A stretch of 64,000 bases of DNA from positions 300,020 to 364,019 of the forward strand of contig NIVC01000719.1 in NCBI GenBank assembly GCA_002269645.1. Direction: 5' to 3'. Below are positions 1 through 10,776 of this stretch, in pieces. The first letter of the stretch is position 1; each line of letters opens with the position of its first letter. This stretch comes from Macrostomum lignano (taxonomy: Eukaryota). The position numbers and the translations under genes are program-made. The notes under the pieces are model-generated. The model ran no database searches, had not been told where the DNA came from, and saw only the letters and a program-made list of their open reading frames with translations.

Positions 1-344
1 GTTGTGATTAGGGTTAGGGGGAATTGCTGAGGCTGACGAGAGATTTGTTGAGCTTTTAAGGCTTATGGGAGAATAGCTGAGATGTCAAGGCTTACAAGGG
101 GAATTGCTGAGGTCATGGCAAGGAGAAGCTACATCATGAAGTTTATTAAAAAATTTGTATTTAAATTTTTGTTGGCTCCCTAACGGGGGGGGCGCTGATT
201 GCTAGTGTTAGACTATTATCATATACCACAGATACTATATAACTGTTATATAGTATCTGTGTCATACCAAAGTATATTCTGTGATCGTATACAGTTAGTT
301 AATTACATGGCTTACAGAAAAGGTAGACGGTATTAGGAAAGGGG

Positions 345-890
345 CACATGGCATTAGGGAAAGGGAGACATGGCGTTAGGGAAAGGGACACATGGCGTTA
401 GGGAAAGGGACACATGGCATTAGGGAAAGGGACACATGGCATTAGGGAAAGGGCCACATGGCATTAGGGAAAGGGCAACATGGCATTAGGGAAAGGGCCA
501 CATGGCATTGGGGAAAGGGCCACATGGCATTAGGGAAAGGGCCACATGGCATTAGGGAATGTGTACATGGCATTAGGGAAGGACCACATGCCATTAGAGA
601 ATGTGTACATGGCATTAGGGAAGGACCACATGCCATTAGAGAATGTGTACATGGCATTAGGGAAGGACCACATGCCATTAGAGAATGTGTACATGGCATT
701 AGGGAAGAACCACATGCCATTAGAGAATGTGTACATGGCATTAGGGAAGGACCACATGCCATTAGAGAATGTGTACATGGCATTAGGGAAGGACCACATG
801 CCATTAGAGAATGTGTACATGGCATTAGGGAAGGACCACATGCCATTAGAGAATGTGTACATGGCATTAGGGAAGGACCACATGGCATTA
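345..890. repeat. Minisatellite: 22-bp monomer grading into a 42-bp dimeric unit, TTAGGG-containing
   Basis: cacatggcattagggaaagggc units to about 550, then tacatggcattagggaaggaccacatgccattagagaatgtg units; explains the 14-aa periodic ORFs. Confidence 0.95.
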
Positions 891-1115
891 AAGAAGGCAA
901 AATGAATCGCGGGTCAAGCGGGCAGGTGTTATGAATGAAAGAAGCACAATCTTGATCCAAAATATTCCATAAAAAATAAACTTTGGCTAGGATTAACTTA
1001 TCGATTATTAAATATCCAATATCCGATCGGATTACGGGTGCACAGCCCGCGCAGTGGAAAAAATTAATTTCCGCAAGAAACCAGAGATTCTTCTTAAGAT
1101 AAGACAGGAGCAGAT

Positions 1116-1263
1116 GAAAATGCCCAATGCAGTACGTGACTCGGAGAGCATTGAAAATGCCCAATGCAGTACGTGACTCGGAGAGCATTGAAAATGCCCA
1201 ATGCAGTACGTGACTCGGAGAGCATTGAAAATGCCCAATGCAGTACGTGACTCGGAGAGCATT
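1116..1263. repeat. 37-bp tandem repeat x4
   Basis: gaaaatgcccaatgcagtacgtgactcggagagcatt at 1116, 1153, 1190, 1227. Confidence 0.95.
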
Positions 1264-1526
1264 GAAAGTTTGCAAAAAATTATGAAAACCTGGTCCAGAT
1301 TTCGGTCGCTGGTCGATCAGAAAAAATGTTTAAGAAAAAAACTCATTTTTTGTTATTGGTTGTGTGGGGAAAGCATTATAGAGAAATATTTTTGTCAAAC
1401 TATTCAACAGCACTCGGGACTTTTTAACAAATATTTTGCTACAGCTTTGGCGCTTATTTGTAAAATTATATGACCAACAGAATTAGAGGACTAATTGTAC
1501 TCACCTGTTTCATCAGCGATCTGATT

Positions 1527-2030
1527 TCCCACACCCAGCCCCATCAGCGATCCAATATCCCACACCCAGCCCCATCAGCGATCCCATATCCCACACAGCC
1601 AGCCCATCAGTGATCCCATATCCCACACCCAGCCCTATTAGTAATCCCATATCCCACACCCAGCCCCATCAGTAATCCCAGATGCCACACCCAGCCCCAT
1701 CAGTGATCCCATATCCCACACCCAGCCCTATTAGTAATCCCATATCCCACACCCAGCCCCATCAGTAATCCCAGATGCCACACCCAGCCCCATCAGTGAT
1801 CCCATATCCCACACCCAGCCCTATTAGTAATCCCATATCCCACACCCAGCCCCATCAGTAATCCCAGATGCCACACCCAGCCCCATCAGTGATCCCATAT
1901 CCCACACCCAGCCCTATTAGTAATCCCATATCCCACACCCAGCCCCATCAGTAATCCCAGATGCCACACCCAGCCCCATCAGTAATCCCAGATGCCACAC
2001 CCAGCCCCATCAGTAATCCCAGATGCCACA
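1527..2030. repeat. 31-bp minisatellite with 93-bp higher-order period, in the convertase intron
   Basis: ccacacccagccccatcagtaatcccagatg variants; the gatgccacac variant recurs at 1681, 1774, 1867. Confidence 0.9.
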
Positions 2031-2094
2031 ACATAGCCCAAAAGCCCAAAAGAGCAACAGAACATGGGATATGGGATAAAAAACATTAGCTCAC

Positions 2095-2660
2095 CTATTC
2101 TCATTATTAAACGTGGCCCTGGGCATAGGGTCAGAATCGGCCCCATTAATATCGGTGCTGGCCAGCGGATCATAGTTATCCTTCAGATCCGGGTGCGTGT
2201 GCTCAATGCCATCGTCCAGTATGGAGACAACGCTGCCACGGCCAGTGAGTCCCTGACTCCAGACGGCCGCCACGCTCAGATCGTGGCCCCCAGTGGCACC
2301 AGACTTGAGGTACCACTGCTGCGGATAGTGAGGATCATTGAAGCTCGGCGGCACAGCGGATCGCTTCACTCGAACTTTGGCCACCTGCTGTTCGGCCCAC
2401 AGCACGCTGGCATGCCGACGAATTCGATGAGTTTTCTTAGGATTGTCGAAACTCTGAGAGCCGCAGCGCAGCAGAGCATAGTGAGCATTCATCAGGCGCA
2501 TCTGGCTGAGCAGCTGACAGCCATGGCTGGCTGCCACATGCCTGGCATGCGATGGCTGTATAAGCTCAACTGCCCAAGTGTTCTGATGGCCTACAGTTGC
2601 CAGTAGCAATGATGGCAATAGGAACAGGAGCAGCAGGTCAATATACAGGTGCAAATGCAT
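2095..2660 (-). CDS. Furin-like proprotein convertase (S8B subtilase), first coding exon; remaining exons not found in window
   Basis: Signal peptide (LLLLFLLPSLLLA), prodomain ending RVKR, then FNDPHYPQQWYL, GRGSVVSILDDGIEHTHPDLKDNYD (catalytic Asp) and DPMP..NENR; phase-2 donor AG|GTGAGC at 2095/2094. The HGTRCAG exon is not visible in 1-2090. Confidence 0.93.
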
Positions 2661-2808
2661 TGCTGCACCTTATGCTCAATGCTTTGTCATGATATTACAA
2701 GTATAGGATTAAGAAATATATTATCCACACTTTGGTTCTTATTGAACAATTAATAAAGTCATATTGTACCTTATCTTTAAATGAACTTGAATAATAATAT
2801 TATTATTT

Positions 2809-2968
2809 AACCAATGGCTCAGTCATAGCTCTTGCATAGCACATCTAAAGGCTGCATAGGGCTGTTTAGTCCAAGGAATAGGGGGTCACCACATGCTCTC
2901 AATTACCCTAGCTAATGCTAATACCTATTTTATAGCTGAATGAACTAAAACAATAAAAAGTTAAGTGT
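2809..2968 (-). mobile_element. Heavily mutated 3' and CORE fragment of the SINE family seen at 54740-55017
   Basis: Manual alignment to 54758-54918, e.g. gctgtttagtccaagg vs gctgttcagtccaagg and gctaatgctaatacctattttatagctg vs gctaatgctggcacccattttacagctg. Confidence 0.85.
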
Positions 2969-3149
2969 TAAATATACTTTATTATATTTAAACTTTATCA
3001 AATATGATTTAATTAAATATAATCAAATAATAATAACTATAAATGTCTATTTGAAAATTTAATAAAAAAGCTTCTTTAAAATAAGAAATCTAAGCATTTA
3101 ATAACTAAAAATAGGAACATTTTTCAAAATTAAATAACTCTACAAAATC

Positions 3150-3700
3150 ACTTATGTTGGATTCCATAAAAAACTATTAGATATATTATTAGTAATATTC
3201 CATTTTTGAATCATACATTAGGCCTATACACTAGAAATTTCTAACATAGTGGCACCATTATAGCTATTCCATATTGCACAATTATATACAAATTTACCAT
3301 GGTATAACTATCATGGTAATTAAATATTATATGTTAGGCATATTTTAAGTTCTCTATAAGCTGGAATTTTCTTGTATAGGCTCATATAAGAATTATTGAT
3401 TTAGGTAAGAGTAGGGAGTAGGCCTAACATTGATTTAATATATTAATTTAATATAGTATATTAATTAGGGTATAATAACTTTTATTTTAATTGCAATATT
3501 TCCATTAGTTAAGTTGAAGTCCTAATTAGAAAATCTTTTACAATATTCTAATTCTAATCTATTTAGGTATCATAAATCTTTATCTTCAAATGATAGTCTA
3601 ATATAATAATAATAATAATAAAAATTAGCCATACAAAAATTATTTTCAAATACCATAGAATTTGGCCTATTAGAAAATATATTTAAATATTATTTCTTGA
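3150..3700 (-). pseudogene. Possible highly decayed non-LTR retrotransposon RT remnant
   Basis: Stop-riddled minus-strand translations LGLQLN*WK and GKFVYNCAIWNSYNGATMLEISSV* loosely resemble LINE RT C-terminal motifs; weak. Confidence 0.3.
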
Positions 3701-3946
3701 TATAAACAATTAACCTTCAAAAGGCTAGGCCATAATAATAGAAAATTCTATAAAAATATATGAAAAAAATCTATTGGAATAGGATAGACAGGCCTAGGCC
3801 TACTAAAATTTTGTTTGAGGGTTAAACAATATAAGCCTATAAAATTAAAGCAAGTTCTTTAAAATATACATATAATTAGTTCACAAGGAATTTATCATTT
3901 ATTAAAAAAAACTTTGTTATATACAATAAGCATAATTTTATAATGC

Positions 3947-4124
3947 AGTAATAAAGGAAAGTAATGATTGTGCTAATAATATTTTCCTCCTTGCCTACTA
4001 AAATAATCTTTTTTTAAGTTAGATAAAATAAGCTTATATAAATTAAATTATAACTTTAAAAAGATTATTTTAGTAGGCAAGGAGGAAAATATTATTAGCA
4101 CAACTATTACTTTCCTTTATTACT
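3947..4124. repeat. Inverted repeat or fold-back (about 75-bp arms, 29-bp loop)
   Basis: 3947-4021 agtaataaaggaaagtaatgattgtgctaataatattttcctccttgcctactaaaataatc... is the reverse complement of 4051-4124 with few mismatches. Confidence 0.92.
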
Positions 4125-6097
4125 TTCTTGCTTAGCATTAAGTTCTACTAATTTCCTAATAGCACAATAATAGCTAATGGATACCATGCTAGCAGGATAC
4201 CTTATAATAGCGCTGTCTTTTATTGTAAGTCTAAACTCTATAGCCTACAACTATATAAATGAATTTGTGATCCAGCATTCCAGCTGCATAGCTGGCCCTA
4301 GCTTTTTGCTTTGGAGATCAATTTTTCCACTTTAAGCTTGTTAGCTGAGTTTAAAGCCTCAAATGAATATTCTTTCCGACGAGGAACTATAAAAAATATG
4401 ATATGATATGATATTAATTATTGTAATTGTAATTTGTAACTTCATTGAGTCAAAGCTAGGAATACATATTAAAATTATGGATTTAAAAGTATGAGAATGT
4501 CACTGAATTAACTTTTAAAAAACGAGTGGTATCCTTTATTCAAATAATTCAAACACAAAGCTACATCAGCAGTTTTAGTTTTGACCTGCTGACGCACGCA
4601 TCGCATGCAATTATGAATTACAGTCGAAAATATACATTTGAAAAAAGTTAAACTGATGCAAAAAATACAGACAATATTTATTACCACTAAAACAAAGTAG
4701 TAATTTTTTAGCATGCATTACATTAGTAAATCAATGCTAAATTAGAGTATACTTGAACACTGTAAAATTTAAATTCCACTGGACTCATCCTAAACCGCTT
4801 TTACTCGTACATGTAAATTTAGAGTAAATAATTATTTTTTTGGTTATTATAGTTATACTGTACAAGTTGGAATGCTGGGTGCTGTCAAATTTTGTTTGCG
4901 ATCTGCAACTGATCGGAAATTATATTTACGTGTAAATAGCTCTTTTATCTTCTAAAAATAGCTCGTAATTACTGATTTGCACATACAGAAGTTGTACATG
5001 TAGATGCTGTACTCATGTAGCTCGTAACATGTATTCATGTTGTTGCAATATAGCAGTCGGAATCAGTAAATAAACAGTTGAAATTGCCACTGAAACTGGT
5101 ATCGATATATCATAATAACATTGATTTATTCTCACAGAAATACAGACTATATATGAATTATATAAAGCCGCAATGCCGCATCTATCAACAAATATTCGCG
5201 GGTAGACCTCTGTGAAACGCTAGCTGTACAACTTCAAATGAATTGTCGCTACTGAAATGCCAGCTGGCACACACAGACACGGGGAAATCTGGCTAGAATC
5301 TCAGCGTTCAAACGTTCGACCGAAATCCGGCCGGTTTTCGGACGGACTGTTAGTGCACTTCATCTCGATCTCTCTCTGCAGACGCCCCGAACCCCCCCCC
5401 CCCCAATGCCAGATGGATTTCCCGATATGGATAGCTAGCTCGATCACGTTGGCTGGCACGTTTTTAGCGCTCCTACATGACTTCCTTTCCCACGCGTACA
5501 TGTGTCTGGGGAACATGCAAAATGGCGGTGACAGCTGTGATGACATACTTTGTTGCAGTTAAAAACGTGGCGCAAAAAGCTGCAGTGATTTTCGGCAAAA
5601 GTATGTAAATAGTAACAGTTAATTTACTTTGACTATGCCATTGCCCATTGTATTTCGATACAAGGACCTTATAGATATTCTAATCTTGACCTACATATGG
5701 AACAAAGGAATGTTATGTACGTGATATATAATTGCGTTAGTTCACGGACCACGGTAGAAAACTGTCGAAGTTGAAGTTTTCCTATGAAAATTGAATGCAC
5801 TAAGTCATGGACAACTGAAGTACATCATGAAGTACGATACACTTGAGTTTCTTAGAAATAGCCAGTAAGGACGTATAGTTGCGATATCGCCAGTACATTT
5901 ATTCTGCTCTAGAGGAATTGACTGTTTCGGGACAGGTTCGTCTATGGCCAAACCCTATTTAGCGCTATGCGTACTCTATCGCATGTTAAAATGCACTATA
6001 GCGACTAGCGATACAGTACGACAAATACATGTAATACTCGTACATGTACGCGTTCCTTACCGGCATCCAGTTGATTTGTTAGAAATTCTAATGTAAC

Positions 6098-6801
6098 CAG
6101 GGGCGTCCGCCGGCGGGGGGACAGGGGACAGGGGGACATGTCCCCACCAGTAAAAGCCAATGCTTTGTCCCCCCCCCACCCCTGCACCTTAATTGTGACC
6201 CGTTATGGAAATCAATAATTTTGCTTCAGGGCGCCAAAACATAGCGCCTGTGGCGCTAAAATGAGTGCTTGCAACACCAAAATGAGCGCCTGTGGCGCTA
6301 AAATTACTGCTTAATTGCGGCGCTAAGATGAATGCCTGCGGTGCTAAAATGAGTGCCTGCGGCGCTAAAATGAGTGCCTGCGGCGCTAAAATGAGTGCCT
6401 GCGGTGCTAAAATGAGTGCCTGCGGTGCTAAAATGAGTGCCTGCGGTGCTAAAATGAGTGCCTGCGGTGCTAAAATGAGTGCCTGCAGCGCTAAAATGAG
6501 TGCCTGCGGTGCTAAAATGAGTGCCTGCAGCGCTAAAATGAGTGCCTGCAGCGCTAAAATGAGTGCCTGCAGCGCTAAAATGAGTGCCTGCAGCGCCAAA
6601 ACGAGTACCTGCGGCGCTAAAATGAGTGCCTGTGGCGCTAAAATGAATGCCTGCGGCACTAAAATGAGTGCCTGCGGCGCCAAAACTTAGCGCTGACAAC
6701 ACCGATTCTGAAAATAATGTACATGTAGGAATTTAGTCATGTACATGTAGAATACTTTAATTGGCTTTGCCCCCCACCATAAATTTCAAGGCGACGCCCT
6801 G
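6098..6801. mobile_element. Putative non-autonomous DNA element (MITE-like) carrying a 21-bp minisatellite
   Basis: Ends caggggcgtc (6098) and gacgccctg (to 6801) are imperfect inverted repeats; no target-site duplication found. Confidence 0.45.
6233..6690. repeat. 21-bp minisatellite
   Basis: (c/t)ggcgctaaaatgagtgcctg units; source of the 7-aa periodic ORFs. Confidence 0.95.
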
Positions 6802-7769
6802 GTACCGTCCTTCTGCTGCAGTTGTCCATGTTGTCGCAGTTGTCGCATCCGTAAGCATAATTTACGAGCTAAAAGCATGCCACATAAGTATGCGTAGAGA
6901 ACTTCGTAACGTCAACATGGAGGGTCAGATTGTTGTTGCACAGATAAAAAGCCTGCTCGCTTAAATACTATATTAGTCCATTCTCGTGTTGTTAACTATG
7001 GAATTAAAGAAAATTATAGAGAATTCTAAGAATTCTAAAGGTTGGCCTAAGCTTGGAGGCTGACACACCCCGCGGGGCTATAAAACAACCACACGAGCTT
7101 GAGGCATGGAAAATACTCTAGCTAAAAGCTTATATGCTTTTACTCTGAAATTGAAACTTAAATGCCCCATTCGTCTTCGTGGGTTGCTATTTGTCCAGCT
7201 AACACATATTATACACTTGCAAAGCACCGTTTTGTATTCTATGTTTGTGAGATGAAGCTGGACGCAGTTGAGCTGAGACCCCGAAGCAGGCTCTGAATCC
7301 AGTCCACTACTCAGCGCACAGACAATGTTCTGTTTACAACCAGTCGTCACGAGGCCGAAGACAACTAAAGAGAGATAAGAGAAAAGGAAAAAACAAAAGC
7401 TTTTTCCGCCGCATATAGAGAATCTAAGCTTTTGAGTTATGGAAAAGCAAAAGCAAAAGCACTCAACCTCACAGCGAGCAGTATGAATGGTTGGTCAAGA
7501 TATGAAACTTCTAAACCCGAGTGTGACTAAATATTTATGTGTGGGCAGTGGAAGTATCATTAAATTGAAGGCATTTTATTCATACAAAACAAAACAGGAG
7601 ACAAATTTTATGGCACAGAAAACAGCATATTTCTGGGCGGGCCAGTGCGTACTGACTGTATCTGCATTCGCAGGTAGGGTGCCCCTGCTGCGTTCGCATG
7701 CCGCTTATATAAACCAGCCTTCACGGTGCCATACTTGTCAGAACATGTACATGTCGATCATGGAGTGCC

Positions 7770-8063
7770 GCGTTTGGCGACTCTCGCTCGTTGCCGATGT
7801 TGAGAAGCGTTTGGCGACTCTCGCTCGTTGCCGATGTTGAGAAGCGTTTGGCGACTCTCGCTCGTTGCCGATGTTGAGAAGCGTTTGGCGACTCTCGCTC
7901 GTTGCCGATGTTGAGGGGCGTTTGGCGACTCTCGCTCGTTGCCGATGTTGAGGGGCGTTTGGTGACTCTCGCTCGTCGCCGATGTTGAGGGGCGTTTGGT
8001 GACTCTCGCTCGTCGCCGATGTTGAGGGGCGTTTGGTGACTCTCGCTCGTCGCCGATGTTGAG
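7770..8063. repeat. 37-bp tandem repeat, about 8 copies
   Basis: gcgtttggcgactctcgctcgttgccgatgttgag(aa/gg). Confidence 0.95.
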
Positions 8064-8796
8064 TGCACTGTAATACACAACAGGTACGAGAGAGCTCGTC
8101 AGAGTACACAGGTCTGCATGTAGGTTTCTGTAGACAATTTTAGAATTCAAGGACACGGCTATAGACGCAGATACAGAATTTTTCTTTCAAAAGTCGTGTC
8201 TTAAATGAACAAATTTCGTCAGAAATCTTCCTGCTGTTTTTATCATCGATCAACTTCAATTTTGGTTTTGAGTACTCGTAAATCTGTTTGAATCTGTTTC
8301 TTCTGTCTCTCTTCTCTCCTCTCTATCCCCTCTCGTCTCTCCCCTCCTCTGTCCGGCAGTCATGCGCAAGGTTTTCTATCTGGTCCTTGAGATAGAAAAG
8401 TTTGTGAACCACTGGACTCAGTGGTGCAGTTTGAGCTGCACAACAGTTGAAATCGCTTTGAGCACAGACTCAGCGGTGGTGTCCGTTAAAACCCGTGAAG
8501 AGGGAACATAATAATCCCGGGAAAATCCTGAGAGAATTAGATAGAATTACTGAAAATGATCTATCCTTTTCACTCATCCGGATTTTGCGCCTCCTGCACG
8601 GCAGTCTCGGCGCCCCAGAGATGGCAATGGCGCCCACAAAAATGACGCGTCCTCCTCACAACACAACAGAAATTCATGGCTATGATGCACATTTTTTCCA
8701 ACGAATTCGCGATTGCAATCATGTGCTGTACTTGTACCCATGGTCACATCCAGAGGCGAATTTGGAAATATAAAATGAGGTGGGCGGAGTTTAACC

Positions 8797-9650
8797 ATAC
8801 TATAGACGAGAGGGGCGCCATAATGTAGACGAGAGGGGCGCCATACTATAGACGAGAGGGGCGCCATAATGTAGACGAGAGGGGCGCCATACTATAGACG
8901 AGAGGGGCGCCATAATGTAGACGAGAGGGGCGCCATAATGTAGACGAGAGGGGCGCCATACTATAGACGAGAGGGGCGCCATAATGTAGACGAGAGGGGC
9001 GCCATACTATAGACGAGAGGGGCGCCATAATGTAGACGAGAGGGGCGCCATAATGTAGACGAGAGGGGCGCCATACTATAGACGAGAGGGGCGCCATACT
9101 ATAGACGAGAGGGGCGCCATAATGTAGACGAGAGGGGCGCCATACTATAGACGAGAGGGGCGCCATACTATAGACGAGAGGGGCGCCATAATATAGACGA
9201 GAGGGGCGCCATAATGTAGACGAGAGGGGCGCCATAATATAGACGAGAGGGGCGCCATAATGTAGACGAGAGGGGCGCCATAATATAGACGAGAGGGGCG
9301 CCATACTATAGATGAGAGGGGCGCCGTAATATAGACGAGAGGGGCGCCAGACTATAGACGAGAGGGGCGCCAGACTATAGACGAGAGGGGCGCCATAATA
9401 TAGATGAGAGGGGCGCCGTAATATAGACGAGAGGGGCGCCAGACTATAGACGAGAGGGGCGCCAGACTATAGACGAGAGGGGCGCCATAATATAGACGAG
9501 AGGGGCGCCAGACTATAGACGAGAGGGGCGCCAGACTATAGACGAGAGGGGCGCCAGACTATAGACGAGAGGGGCGCCAGACTATAGACGAGAGGGGCGC
9601 CAGACTATAGACGAGAGGGGCGCCAGACTATAGACGAGAGGGGCGCCATA
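8797..9650. repeat. 23-bp minisatellite
   Basis: tagacgagaggggcgcca(taatg/tacta/gacta) units. Confidence 0.95.
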
Positions 9651-10776
9651 CTGAGCAAACTGAGGGCGGTAAGGACCTATTTTTAGTCCGAAGACCGCCC
9701 CCCCCCTTTAAATCCGCTCCCGGTCACATCAGGGATTTAAACGCGTTCGCGTGACAGAAAACTACAGATGGCACAGGCACACTCCACTCCCTTGGATGCA
9801 TTGTTTCATTGACGCCATTACAATAGCTATGACTAGAGGCTGCAGCTCCCAGTAAATCAATGAGTTATGTAGAATGAATGCAGCTTGTTAGTGCAGGTCC
9901 AATTCTAGAACTATAAAAGTGCATCTGTTGGAAAGGTAGGCTAGCTACAATTAAGAATTTCCATTACGTGCACCCTTCACACCCCCTCAATAGATGTACA
10001 CTGACAGCAATTCGCCAATGTACATTAGCATATAACCTTGAGCGGCGTGGAAAATCTTCGAGCCAAAAAATGTCGAGTTTTAGCCAGTTCAGTTCAACCG
10101 AAAAAGACAATTACAACTGCTGACTTGAACTCAACTGGGTCACATTTCTGTTTCTCTCTGTGCACCGAGTTCGTATTTTTTGTACGAGCATCGACGTAAA
10201 CAGGGCTATATTATTTTGCTTGTAATACAGATTCAGCCTTAGTCCAGTTTACAATAAAGCTACGCGTACGGCCTTGGTGGAAAATCTCGTCACGCATAGT
10301 GGAAAACCCCGCCATGTGGGGGTGTGCAGGTTGTGTACAGGCAAACTGAAGTGTGGGCTCAGAGTGGAAAATTTCAGTGCGCGGAGGCCAGAGCTAGACT
10401 AATGTCTAGGAGCTCTGGAAAATTCCCAGACCAGTCATAACCCAAACAGTGCACGGGGCAGTACAGCCAACCCAGGGGCAGCGGAGGTTGGGGCAGCTAC
10501 ATTTTGCGTCCTGCTCTCATAGCCACCTTTTCTCTCTCCCTTCTCCTTCGTTTCTCGTCTCTCTCCCTGCTTTGGCGTGAAGTACTAAAAGAAGGGAGAG
10601 CGGCCTTGGCCAAGGCATTTTCCATCATCCATCAATGCTCTGCTCCAGGCTAAAAAACCAGTTCTGCGCCGCAGCAACCCCACTCCCACCGCCGACTCTA
10701 AAAACCCTCGGCTGCCTCATAGCTTAAGTTGCCCAGCTTCCCACCAGCTGACTGACCGCTCCTAACCAGAATCACC

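Noticed and set aside
1499-1560. Minus-strand donor CAG|GTGAGT at about 1505 as a second convertase exon
   Set aside because: No upstream frame encodes the expected HGTRCAG motif; the sequence merges into the 31-bp satellite.
8570-9725. Possible MITE enclosing the 23-bp minisatellite (right end aaatccgctcccgg)
   Set aside because: No convincing matching left TIR or TSD.
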